Below the pieces are notes generated by a model that had not been told where the DNA came from, did no database searches, and saw only the letters and a list, made by a program, of their open reading frames with translations. The position numbers were made by a program, and so were the translations under genes. A stretch of DNA of 63,352 bases, counting the filler, from Octopus bimaculoides (taxonomy: Eukaryota): assembly GCF_001194135.2 (NCBI RefSeq). It is 10 parts of 9 records of this genome, joined end to end, with 100 filler letters (N's around TTAATTAATTAA, not from the genome) between each part and the next. Parts side by side here need not be neighbours in the genome. Positions count along the whole stretch, not along the records: positions 22,484 to 30,024 come from NC_068986.1; positions 30,125 to 38,745 come from NC_068982.1; 8 more parts are not named here. One strand, given 5' to 3'. Shown here piece after piece: positions 23,934-36,645 of this stretch (within the stretch, counting starts at the first letter, position 1; every line of letters begins with the position of its first letter).

Positions 23934-24945
23934 AGCTGCTGGTAGAAATTTTTATTATATTTTCATGTTTCACTTTTTAAGGAATAACTTTATGTATTAG
24001 TGAATAGGCAAACACTTTGGAGAACATAAATAAAATTGTACTTGACAAAAAGATAGCTGGCACATAGGTCGGGTAGCCATCTGAATATTGGAAAGAACTT
24101 ACCTGTATCATGATGATTCGCTTCGGGTGCCAAAATTACAACATAATGATTGCTGCTCTATGCTCTGAGAACACTGCAAAGGCTGTAAGGCGTAACGTAG
24201 ACAACTGCTGTGGAAACTACGATAAGGTGGTCACCGGGAAGGGACACAGAAAGCGTTGATCCGAGCCTTGGAACCTGGCATGTGTCGAGTTGATATGAGT
24301 GTTGAAGTTGCCACGGTGTAGCTGACTACGTGCACCTGACTAATTCGGACAGCCAAAAGGAACCGCTTGTCGAAAGCTAGACCAAGCTGAGGCATCCTGT
24401 TGAGTGGAAGATGATCTGGATCTCCTAAAATGAAAAGAAATTTTGTCGCGACACCCAGACAAAAGGTGTGCCAACAAACCATGTGATACAGTGTCATAAA
24501 AAAAATTGTCTAAACTGTGAGGGACTTTCAGTGCGTCTTCCGTGTGGGTGATGTTACCCGCCCGACATTTTTTAACATGCTTTTAGGCTCAATTCAGATG
24601 TCTATGTGAAACTATTGGATTTAATGTCAGTTCATAACAGTTCGTTGCTGCTGGAAACACACACCTTTCGAAGCAGAATTCGCTTCCTTACCATACCTCC
24701 ATAAAAGTGTCAGCGATATTCATCGGAAAAATTCTGAGACTTCACTAGTCCTATATCTACAAACAATAGTCTTAAATAAATGTTTAGTGGTAAGAGATTA
24801 AGTAGTTAACGTTCAAAGCAATTTAGTTTTTGACTTTAAATTATATGGGGAAAAAAAGTAATTTTGGTGTGGTGAGTATTTTACCCAAAGTCACTGAATA
24901 TATGAAGAACATTAGCTGCACATTTTAGTTTTTCTAATATTTCAG

Positions 24946-24984
24946 TGCAACAAGATCTACACCCATATCCATCATTTGAATATG
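24946..24984 (+). CDS. Candidate exon (xQQDLHPYPSFEY), phase 1-1
   Basis: ttttctaatatttcag acceptor, G/gtaagg donor, 39 nt; joins the next exon to form YEN. Confidence 0.5.
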
Positions 24985-25404
24985 GTAAGGTGTGTTTGAT
25001 TATGTTTCAGGTAATATGGAACTCAGCATTTTTTCCTTTTATATTTTACCGTTATTTTTCCTTTCAAATTGCTTTGAATAATTACTGTTTAATCTCTTAC
25101 GTGTAAGTATTTACTTAGACCTATACTTTGTAAATTAATTAAGTAAACCTGTCACATTTGAATATTATTTAATACTAGGAGTAATTTATACTTTAACATT
25201 ATCTTGGATATCTATACTTGAATTTCATTTAAGTCACCTGCTCCACCATTTGCATTTCTCAGTCCATCAATTAACATGATACATTATATCGTATATTTCT
25301 ATTAGTTATGTATCCTTAGTTACTATTTGGCAACGTTTGTATTGAAGTCAGTATTGAAATATTTGATAGTCCAGTGAATGTCCTGTCATTCCCTGTACTA
25401 AATG

Positions 25405-25440
<36 letters not shown>

Positions 25441-25442
<2 letters not shown>

Positions 25443-26030
25443 CCGACAGTATAAAGAATTCTCGATCGGTGTTCTCGATCAATTATAGCCCCTATCAGTA
25501 TATATATATATATATAATTATATCAGTATATAATTATATGCAATTATATGACTACAACATTAGAACATTTTAGTTCTTATTTCTACCATGTAGGTGCTTC
25601 TAATATCCTAGCCATATTCATTGAAAAATCATAGTTTTCCTTTTTGGTAAAACATTGCATACTGCTGTCGATATTAATTTTTTTGTATACATTTCAGTGA
25701 GTTGCTAAATCATGCATAGATTTTTATTGTGAAAACATATACTGACAGAGAATTCAGGCCCGAAGCTGTCGAAGTCGAGCCACTCCATACCGATGAGGTA
25801 ACGGAAATTGCTGAAACTGACCGGTCGTTATAAGTAATTCTCGATCGGTGTTTTCCGTTCGATTATAGTTCCTGTCAGTACATATGTATACAATTATGTG
25901 CTTTGACTACAGTATTAGAACATTTTTAGCTCTTATTTCTAGCAATGTAAGTGTTTTTAACACCCTAGTCATATTTAGTGACACATATTTTTCTTTTTTG
26001 ATAGAACATTGCACACTGATTACTATATAT
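25441..26030 (+). repeat. Diverged local tandem duplication, period about 380 bp
   Basis: GACCG...AATTCTCGATCGGTGTT...TAGAACATTTT(T)AG.TCTTATTTCTA occurs from 25441 and again from 25820. Confidence 0.7.
25749..25797 (+). CDS. Candidate exon (ENSGPKLSKSSHSIPMS), phase 1-2
   Basis: ctgacag acceptor (weak pyrimidine tract), GAG/gtaacg donor; phases match both neighbours. Confidence 0.45.
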
Positions 26031-26948
26031 ATATATATATATATATATAATAAATGAGTATATGCATATATACGTACATGTATGTACATACTTACATCTA
26101 CCTGTATATATAGATGCATATCTGGGTACAGGACATTGCAAACAAAACGTAGACAAAGTGATAAACAGAGTACAGAAAACACACATGCCGCACAAACACA
26201 CGCACACATATATATACAGGAAGCCAGTGTGTAAAGAAATTTCTTTTCCAAAGAATATAATTATTCGTTTATATTTATATAAGGGGCATTACAACAAAAT
26301 AATGGCACACACTGGACTTCCCAAAATAAACACAGTTAGTACCGAATGCGAGGAAAACAACCAACAGAAGAATACCAACTTTCTTTTAAATAACTCAATT
26401 CGGTACTAAATGTGTTTATTTTTGGAAGTCCAGTGTGTGGCATTATTTTGTTGTAATGCCCCTTATATAAATATCTATGCATATATANNNNNNNNNNNNN
26501 NNNNNNNNNNNNNNNNNNNNNNNNNNNNNNNNNNNNNNNNNNNNNNNNNNNNNNNNNNNNNNNNNNNNNNNNNNNNNNNNNNNNNNNNNNNNNNNNNNNN
26601 NNNNNNNNNNNNNNNNNNNNNNNNNNNNNNNNNNNNNNNNNNNNNNNNNNNNNNNNNNNNNNNNNNNNNNNNNNNNNNNNNNNNNNNNNNNNNNNNNNNN
26701 NNNNNNNNNNNNNNNNNNNNNNNNNNNNNNNNNNNNNNNNNNNNNNNNNNNNNNNNNNNNNNNNNNNNNNNNNNNNNNNNNNNNNNNNNNNNNNNNNNNN
26801 NNNNNNNNNNNNNNNNNNNNNNNNNNNNNNNNNNNNNNNNNNNNNNNNNNNNNNNNNNNNNNNNNNNNNNNNNNNNNNNNNNNNNNNNNNNNNNNNNNNN
26901 NNNNNNNNNNNNNNNNNNNNNNNNNNNNNNNNNNNNNNNNNNNNNNNN

Positions 26949-27690
26949 GGGGAAGGCATGGGTGGAGTGTGGGTTAGGCTGAGGGTGGGGGTAGAGGTAG
27001 GGTATGTGGGTAGGGGTGGGGGTAAGGAATTGGATGGGGTGGAGTGGGAAGGTAGAGTAGGAGTGTGTTGGGGTGAGGTGGGATGAGCTTATGAGGGAGG
27101 GTTGACGATGAAGGGGGAAAGGGAAGGTGGATATAAGAGAGGGGGAAGGTGGGTATGGGATGAGGGAGAAAGAGAGGAAGAGAAAAAGAGTGAGAGAGAA
27201 GAGAGTGAGAGTGAGAGAGAGAGAAAAAGAGAAGAGAGTGAGAGAGAGAGAAAGAGAGAAGAGAGTGAGAGAGAGAGAGGAAGAGAGAAGAGAGTAAGAG
27301 AGAGTAAGAGAGTAAGAGTGAGAGAGTAAGAGAGTAAGAGTGAGAGAGGGGAGAGTAAGAGAGAAGAAAGTGAGAGAGAGTAAGAGAGTAAGTGAGTAAG
27401 AGAGTAAGAGAGTAAGAGAAAGGAGAGAAAGAGTAGGGGTGAAGAGAAGTGGGAGTGAAGAGAAGTAGGAGTGAAGAGAAGTAGGAATGAAGAGAAGTAG
27501 GAGTGAAGAGAGGTAGGAGTGAAGAGAAGTAGGAGTGAAGAGAGGTGAAGAGACGTACAGAGAAGTAGGAGTCGGTGCAGGAGGGGGGAGGGGGAGGAGA
27601 GGGGAGAGAGGGTGGTAGGAGGGAGGGTGGTGGAGAGAGACAGGGGGAGGGGGTTAGATGAAGAGGGGAGGGGAGTTGAGCTCATGTGGC
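26949..27690 (+). repeat. G-rich then polypurine tract, including a 16-bp unit (GAAGAGAAGTAGGAGT) about 6 times
   Basis: Repeated GGG runs at 26949-27100; almost pyrimidine-poor plus strand to about 27690. Confidence 0.9.
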
Positions 27691-27761
27691 GCAAAGGAGC
27701 GAGTGATGGATATCAGATAATTTAAATATATTTATTTGTAACAATATTTTGTATTTCACAG

Positions 27762-27864
27762 TTCAAATGAAGATAAACGTTACGACGAAATCGATCCAGA
27801 TTGGGCGACAAAGAATAAAGCTACTAACAAAAGTTCCGACGGGTACGAGGAAGTTAAAGTTTAT
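27762..27864 (+). CDS. Candidate exon (SNEDKRYDEIDPDWATKNKATNKSSDGYEEVKVY), phase 2-0
   Basis: ttttgtatttcacag acceptor, TAT/gtaagt donor, 103 nt of complex sequence with two Tyr-acidic-hydrophobic motifs. Confidence 0.65.
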
Positions 27865-29990
27865 GTAAGTTTATTTTTCTGTATCTAAACATACTTATTG
27901 CGATGCCCTTCAATGTTATGACGATCTAATTAAGTTTTCTTTTGAAGGCTGTGAGTTGGCAGAATCGGTAGCATGCGGACAGAATGTTTAGCGGCATTTC
28001 TTCTGACGTTATATTGTGATTTCTAATTTCAATTCGGTCAACTTTGCGTTCGTTCTTCAATTGTCGTTGAAATAAGCACCACTTAACCACTGGGATCAAT
28101 GTAATCGAATTATGTCTCCTCCGAAATTGCTGGTCTTGTTTGAAACAATTATTACATTTTCTTTTGAAGGCATTAAGCTGGTAGAATCGCTAGCTCGCGG
28201 ACAAAATACTTCGCCAAATTTGTTTGAATTTGCGTTGTAAGCTCAAATTTTGTCGAGGTCGACTTTACCCCCTCATATTTTCGATGTTGCTCAAAATAGA
28301 TACCAGTTCATTTTTGACATCAAGTATATTTATGATCACAAAGTTTCCAGCCCTCACTATATCGTTTCCTTTTGTGACGAAATGTATCTGCAGATGTTTT
28401 ATTCAATGCATTGTTCGTTTATACAACATAATATGGTGCTGATATTACTACAATCCTTAGCCGGTCGATAAATTATGCGGATGAAATATCTGATTAATAA
28501 TATTGTATGTTGTTATTTTATCTTTTACCCGTTTCAGTAATTAGACTGCGGACATGCTGGGGCACCAACCTCAAGAGTTTTTGTCCAACGGATTGACCCA
28601 GCACTTATATTTAAGTCTGGCGTTTATTCTGTAAGCATATTTTGTGGTGCAGCTAAATTATGGGGACCTGAACAAAACAGCACCTGTTGTCAGGCAGTGG
28701 GGAAGGGACAAATACAGAGTCTCATATTTACATATACGACGGGCTTCCACAAGGGATCCCTTTACCAAATTCACTCATAAATCACAGGTCATCTCAGGGT
28801 TATACTTAAAGTTACTTTCTCAAGAAACCGGGAAGAGAGCTTGAAATCGAAGCAACATGGTTGCAAAATGAGCTTCTTAACAACTCACCTATGCTATCAC
28901 CTATTATGTTTATTTCACTGTCATTTCCGATTGTCATGAAATATTGGATAAAAGCCATTCCTCATAAGACATGCGCGTATTATTTCATTCTTTTTTTTTA
29001 TGTTGCCTCTACTGTTAGGAACACCGTTTTTCATTATGCTACCATTATTTATGCTAGCAAGTATAGTAAAGGCTTAAAAGTCAATATTATGTCCAACATG
29101 CGTTAATAATGTGATTCAATCCCTTTTTAAATTAACTCTACAGAGTTTCTTTAGAAATCAGTGTCAGCTCTGAAAGTTACGTCAAATCGTATACGAACAT
29201 GTCTACTTTTCTGTCTGCCATCGTACTTCTGGATAGATGTATTCTTATACGAAACGTCGTAAATTTCGGTGCTGCCTCTAGTTTGTATATAAAATTTGTA
29301 GAGATAACTTTAAAAGGTAAATATTCATTGCCCGCCCCCACTTTTGTATGACAGCGTGTGATTTGGAGCAATTTTTAACAACTATTTCTTGGGCACTATG
29401 TGTCTAGACGGATGCTTCTCCATTTTTTCGTTCGTTGATGGAAACATACGAGGTTTTATGTGTAAAACAGCTCAGCAATGCACTCTTAGAAGATAAATCT
29501 TTGGAAACCGAGAAATTGATTAAATGTTTAAAATCTTGGGAAACTTGATAAAAGAAAGGATCTTCGTTCAGTTTACTGAATTTTACAATTTATAAGCTAT
29601 ATTTACTTACTAAGTTCTGCGTTTTGTTTTTCCTACAACACAGTATTATAATCAGTGTAAATTTTGAAGACCAGAGGATACGGCATCGAATGACAACATG
29701 GTATAGAGAGTAGCTGTAAAGTGTTCAGTACACAGAACGAAGCATCAGATTGATTATTAGTACACTTTGCACTCCTTTTGATTATTATGCAACGTAACCC
29801 TTTGTCAAGATATCAATAGATGCATACATACATATCAAAACTACATACAGGTTTACAAATATAAATACACAGAGACACACAAAAGCACACGTGCGCACAT
29901 AGAGACACAGACCCATACACACATACACCCACCTGTACATAATCAGATAGATGTTATTTCAATATTTAGTTATATATATATATAAAAGTA

Positions 29991-30024
<34 letters not shown>

Positions 30025-30142
30025 NNNNNNNNNNNNNNNNNNNNNNNNNNNNNNNNNNNNNNNNNNNNTTAATTAATTAANNNNNNNNNNNNNNNNNNNN
30101 NNNNNNNNNNNNNNNNNNNNNNNNATGTATGTATGTACTTCA

Positions 30143-30174
<32 letters not shown>

Positions 30175-31674
30175 CATACATACATATATATATGTATGGT
30201 TTTTATATGGAAAGAAATACTCTAATAAAATTGCTGTCAACTTTTTCGGTGAGGATGCACTGCTATATATACATTTGTGTTTGTGATTGTGTGTGTGTAT
30301 GTGTGTATGTGTGTGTGCGTGTGCGCGTGTGTATGTGTGTGTGTTTGTATATTTAAGTATACATACATATGCATATGCCCACATATACATACATACATAC
30401 ATACATACACAATACACGCACACACACACACATATAGAGTCTATTTAAAGTTAGATTTACATAATTGTTTTTTTGACTGACCGCCGTGTGATGACGAGTT
30501 TAATTGTAAAACAAAAAAAAAAAGAAAAATCCTTAGACGAAAGCAAAAATAAGGTAAAACGCAAGAAGAGAGAGATAGATAGAGAGAGAGAGATGGAGAG
30601 AGAGACAGAAGGACAGAGGAGGTAGTCGTTGGAAAGAGAAAAGAGGGAGGGGTTAGAGAGGCATAGGGAGTGGTGGTGGTGGGAATGAAGAGTAAAAATA
30701 CTGTGTGTTCTTTAACAACCATTCCACGTTTGATTCTCATAAAGGTTTCGCAGATATTTATTGTCCCGGCTCTGGTACTCATTTGAAGTTTGTGAATTAC
30801 AGAGTTACTGATACAATCCAATATCCCTATAAACAGTGAAAAATGTGTATTTCAGACCGACATCCATTTAACAACATCAACATTGTCCGTCGGTTTTAGT
30901 CTGAAATATTTTATATCATTTTTCTATAATCTTTTAATGTTGTGCTCTATAAATTTTCCATTACGCCCGATTATGTAACACATTAAAAATACAATTTCAT
31001 CGTATCGCACGTTGAATATAACATGGCACGTATATCTCTCTAACTCATAGAATCTGTGGACATTTTATCGTCAGATTCTTTAACGGTCGTTTTGGTTTTA
31101 GCACATTAAAAACGGTGGATCGCCGTCTATGACTGAATGTATTCTACTTCACAACAAGAGCAAAGTTTCAAACTTTGCTCGGTGATAAGTACATTTTGAA
31201 AATGAATATAAAGTTAGAAATAAATAAATAAATAATGAAGCAATGGTCACTGGAAATGAGTTTACCGTTTAACTCCTCTAGTAAGAATAATGTCTGAAAG
31301 ACTTTGTTTTTGTTTTTATTTTGAGGCCTAAATAGACGGTTCTGCTCAGGAATGTGACACCCACGCATATTTACATGGGGTGGTAGACTTACTCCGTCTC
31401 CCGGTTTAACAGTAATATCACCTGGTACCCTTGTTGCTTTTAGCGGAGTCTATTTGGTTGCAAACGTTTGGACTAAATCTCCAGTCTGCAGATAACTTCC
31501 TCTTTCCCTCCCACCAGTTCTTGGAAGCCTTTTAAAGGTTCCCAGGCATTGCCTTTACTCTTCACTAAAAATGAAAACCACACACGTGCATATACATATC
31601 AACATAACCATTTACAAGACAATGAAGAAGTCTGTAAATGTTAGCTAAACTCTAAAATTAACACCCATATCTTC

Positions 31675-32070
31675 CTTAATCCTTTATATAACACCTTGAC
31701 TAAGACAACCCTGGTTCTATGACATAAACTCCCTATTTTTTAAGGTTGTCTAAATTAAAGCCATGCATAAAAATTTCAAATTCGTTCATGTTTTAAACAT
31801 CAGCATAATAATGACAAAGTTATTTAACTAAATTCTCCCTTATTTTCAAAAATAATTGTTACAAAGGCAGTGTATCTCAACAGAAAATACGCTAAGAAAA
31901 GTGTTGAAGTGATCTAAATTACAATCTTCCACCAAATTTTCACATTAATTTACATTCCAAACACCACACTAATAATGATTGAATTATTTTACAAAATTCT
32001 TCCTTGTCTTCGATATTCATTGTAACAAAAGCAATGTATTTAAGAGAAATATCTTAATAAAAGCATCAAA
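31675..32070. mobile_element. Old piggyBac-like MITE with partial tandem duplication
   Basis: Starts TTAATCCTTT; the block GTCTAAATT...CAAAATTTC...AAACA...TAATAATGA...TTATTT.AC.AAATTCT.CCT is repeated at about 31750 and 31912. Superfamily assignment from recollection only. Confidence 0.35.
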
Positions 32071-32453
32071 AGCATTTCTCTCTTAAAAAGTGAGAAATGC
32101 ATTAAATATCATGTATAGATATATTATGTATAAAGGACAGCTTCTTTGGTTACGGCTGAAACTGGAGACACCACTAGAGTTGCTGTCCCCCTGTACAACT
32201 GTGTCTAGTTCAACAGCAGCTGGTTATGTGAAAGTCTACCAAATCGTTTAGATTTCATGTAAGATAAATTGCGTTAGATATTTCATATATCTCATGTCTA
32301 TTGTTCGCATCTGTTTAATTCACACAGAAACATAATCATAGCACCGACAACCTATTGATTCATTGTGCACTTGAATGATTAGTCAGTTGAACTTATATAT
32401 TTACTGATAAAGCTAATGTTAAGTAATGAACACATGTGGGCTATTTTACCTAG

Positions 32454-32532
32454 ATTTTTCCCTCATTTTTATCCTTGCTTCCTTTGTTACCATGCTGGCT
32501 CTATGTTCCCGAAGAAGAAATAATATCGAAAT
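32454..32532 (+). CDS. Candidate transmembrane exon (DFSLIFILASFVTMLALCSRRRNNIE)
   Basis: tattttacctag acceptor, phase 1 start, about 17 hydrophobic residues followed by an RRR stop-transfer; donor AT/gttatg is weak. Confidence 0.3.
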
Positions 32533-34227
32533 GTTATGGATAATTCTTTCCACTTCTCTGAGACTCATCATTAAAATTCTGATCGTGAACTTATTCAATC
32601 TGTTTTGCTGATTTTATTTGGTTCCCTCCCCCACCTTTTCCTCACTATTTGCTTATTTCTGTATGTGTGTGTGTGCGCGCGCGCGGTGCGTGTGTGTGTG
32701 TATACACACACATACGTACACTCATGTGCTGACACGTATACACACATATATACACATATGTTTTATATGTATGTTCATGTATGTATATATATATATATAT
32801 ATNNNNNNNNNNNNNNNNNNNNNNNNNNNNNNNNNNNNNNNNNNNNNNNNNNNNNNNNNNNNNNNNNNNNNNNNNNNNNNNNNNNNNNNNNNNNNNNNNN
32901 NNNNNNNNNNNNNNNNNNNNNNNNNNNNNNNNNNNNNNNNNNNNNNNNNNNNNNNNNNNNNNNNNNNNNNNNNNNNNNNNNATATATATATATATATATA
33001 GTGCATTCGGTGGTTAAACAAATGAATTATGTTCCTGTCATTCCCGTCTAACTCTGCTCCTCTCCAGGACCACAAATTACGCGGGATCGGACCGAAACCA
33101 AACATCTATAATTCATAACTAAACGTCGTTCCAGCGATGTAATGTCTACGAGCAGCGTCCCGGAAAACATAAATGGAATGGAATAGACGTTTAACGGATG
33201 ACCAAGTGTACGACTTGTTTCACTTGGTCTGGGTTGGGTTCGGGGCTGTAGGAACGAGAAGCTAGATTAGTTTAATCAAACAGTTCTTCTTTCACTTAAG
33301 TTTTCTCAGCCTATGCCATTGCATTCACTCGTTGCCCTGTCTTGTTTCCCATTAATCGTCTCTTTCCAGCTTTCTCATTTTTTCTCTGCTCATCCCTTTC
33401 TTGTTCTGCATTTCTTTCTCCCTCCCACCACTGTCTCTCACTGACCCTGTGTCTCTGTATCTCTACACAATGGAAGCTTGCCAGTGTCTATTGTTTCAGA
33501 CTATGGGAGGTCTTAAGCACTGATACTGAGAGCCCTAGGTGGTCGAAATGTTGCCGATGATGCCTAACTTCACCTTCCATCTTTTTGTTAAGATGATATA
33601 TTAATCACTTATGCGCACACAAGCACACTGATAAACATGAACAACTGATAAACACATGAACAACGTATATACTTATATATACTCATTTTGAAACACAAGC
33701 ATATTGTAACTTAGTTAAATAGTCGCAAAAATATACGTGTAGAACATACATCCACATAATTCAGATATAGCTAACGTTTATAAACATATCCTCATCTGCT
33801 GAAGCACGCACATATGCATAAATACATTTAGACATCCACAAAGTCACACACACACGAAGGCACGCACGCACACACTTGCTCGTATATAGATGCACGCAGA
33901 TGCACACGTGCATGACTTATATATTTCTTTAACGCTTAAGCAGACCCACACCGTAGCAGTCTTAAGTAAGGGAAACCTTTAAACGAAATGAAGACAAAAG
34001 CAAGCTGGGCAAAGAATGACGGGTGAGTGAACGATAAAAAAATAAATACTGAAAAAAGAAGGGAAAGAAAGAAGTGTTACAATTTTTGAATGACTTCATC
34101 CAACCACGGATTTCTCGCATAGAAATACATCATGCTGTCGAAAATTTAACTATGATGGTGCATTGTCTATTTGTCATGGTAAGGCAGTAGCAAGAGATAA
34201 AAAATTCATTTCGTTAAATACGATTAA

Positions 34228-34276
34228 CCGGAAGTGATGATGTATATTCGCCATCTTGAGACCTGATTGACGCAAT
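34228..34276. promoter_or_regulatory. Housekeeping-type promoter motif cluster (ETS, YY1, C/EBP-ATF)
   Basis: CCGGAAGTG 34228-34236, CGCCATCTTG 34249-34258, TGACGCAAT 34268-34276 within 49 bp of otherwise AT-rich DNA. Confidence 0.5.
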
Positions 34277-35254
34277 CATTCTGTTTTCATGACGTTTGTT
34301 TTTTTTTCCCTTCAATATAGAAAGAGTTATAGAAGGAGAATGGTTTGCTAATTTCTGAGTTTAAATAGAGCTTTCAAGAAAATAATTAACATTTTCGTCA
34401 TATTTTTTGCTTTATTTATTGTTTTGCTTTTCTAGAAAAATATTGTTTTGCACCTCACCTAGATCACACTAGGCTGTGATATTGTATACCGGAACGCACC
34501 GATAAACATACATACATAATATGTGTATANNNNNNNNNNNNNNNNNNNNNNNNNNNNNNNNNNNNNNNNNNNNNNNNNNNNNNNNNNNNNNNNNNNNNNN
34601 NNNNNNNNNNNNNNNNNNNNNNNNNNNNNNNNNNNNNNNNNNNNNNNNNNNNNNNNNNNNNNNNNNNNNNNNNNNNNNNNNNNNNNNNNNNNNNNNNNNN
34701 NNNNNNNNNNNNNNNNNNNNNNNNNNNNNNNNNNNNNNNNNNNNNNNNNNNNNNNNNNNNNNNNNNNNNNNNNNNNNNNNNNNNNNNNNNNNNNNNNNNN
34801 NNNNNNNNNNNNNNNNNNNNNNNNNNNNNNNNNNNNNNNNNNNNNNNNNNNNNNNNNNNNNNNNNNNNNNNNNNNNNNNNNNNNNNNNNNNNNNNNNNNN
34901 NNNNNNNNNNNNNNNNNNNNNNNNNNNNNNNNNNNNNNNNNNNNNNNNNNNNNNNNNNNNNNNNNNNNNNNNNNNNNNNNNNNNNNNNNNNNNNNNNNNN
35001 NNNNNNNNNNNNNNNNNNNNNNNNNNNNNNNNNGAACACTCAATATTTCATATATTCAATAAGACATATTCCATATATTCAATAAGACATATTCCATATA
35101 TTCAATAAGACATTCAATACTTCTTTTCATTGTACCATCCATCTTTTTTTTATATTATATATTATATATTCCATATTCTATATCCCACATAAATTTTACA
35201 AGAATATAAATAAAAAACATAAAAAACAGACAGAGTTGGAACTCTTTTAAATAA

Positions 35255-35294
<40 letters not shown>

Positions 35295-36514
35295 ATGTAT
35301 GTATGTAGGTACACACACGCACACACACACACACACACACACATACGCACACTTTGCTACTCAAACGGGATTATTGTGATTTGAAGCCTTTTGATCTTGG
35401 GTGTGCTTGAGAAGCAAAGGCAGGAGTCTCTACGAAGTCGTTCGACCTGTTAGAAATAGTAACCGAATCTCCCGCAATTACAACCTGCTGTCTTAAAGAG
35501 ATGGATATTCCGAGGGGCAGTAATGCAATCTTAAACAAAGTATTTGAAAAATTTCTCATGGTCGCTCAGTCTGCTAGCAATAGCAGCCAAATTTTCCCTA
35601 AATTTCATCATAGGTAGAATGTCTTTGATCACAAATCTTTTCGATTTGGAATACCTAAGGTAAAAACAACAGCAAGACGACAGTTGATAATGTTTGAATA
35701 TTTAACTGAGTGTAAAATATTTCGTGGAGGTCATATATCGAATACTCAGAGCTTTGTCACTTGTATAGCTTCTCAGAGTAAGATGTTACCACCGACCAAG
35801 CAAAACAGACTGCTTGTCGTCTGCTATAAAATAGTTTAAATACCGTTATTATTATCCCTATCATAATATATGTTCTGACGTATGAATGTTTTACTGCATT
35901 TTAACAATATTTTTGATGTGTAGTTGCTATGAACATAAATATATTTTATTATTTAAGCTAATGCGAGAAATCAATATTTAGTTTTTACAATGATTTTCAT
36001 ATTAATAATCATAAGGGCTATATGATTGAAATTTATCAAATCTTGATAAGTAATAGTAAATAGGAAATATAAAGGGAGAAAATGAAAAAAGAAACAACAT
36101 AAAAAGTATGTGTCAGATTATTACATATGAAATTGAGGAATATTGTTTGTGTTCATTTATAATATACTTGATAGATTTGGTTTTTAACCTACAATATTAA
36201 TATATAAATATATTAAAATTACTGTAAAATTAAATAGGAAAGTAAAAATAATGTTTATCGTAATATAAATAGTGATTTCTCACATGGTCCAAGACTACGA
36301 GGTATTTATTGGAAAGGAAGGGATCAACAGTCAGTAGAATAGACCCACGAAAATGAGTGATATTCATTTTATCGTCTCCAGAGAGACGAAATCTAAAAGC
36401 AACTCGGCAATATTTGAACGCAGAATGTAATTAAATACCATATAGAATGGCTCTGCGACTTCTGTGACGCTACAATATTGAATGAATAAGAAAAAAAGAT
36501 ATTTTTTCCTTTAG

Positions 36515-36645
36515 TAATAAGGGTATTTTTGTGTGGAGAGGTAAAGAATGAAATACCTGGTGAAACTATACCAATATCAAGGGATATGAGAACCTTAAAA
36601 AACTTTCCATTGCATTTTGCTATGGCGAAGAAATTCTCGCTAAAG
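36515..36645 (+). CDS. Candidate exon (IRVFLCGEVKNEIPGETIPISRDMRTLKNFPLHFAMAKKFSLK), phase 1-0
   Basis: attttttcctttag acceptor, AAG/gtaaac donor, one open frame; no family recognised. Confidence 0.3.

Noticed and set aside
27089-27694. 201-aa Leu/Ser ORF and 75-aa Glu/Arg ORF
   Set aside because: Translations of the GA/CT tract.
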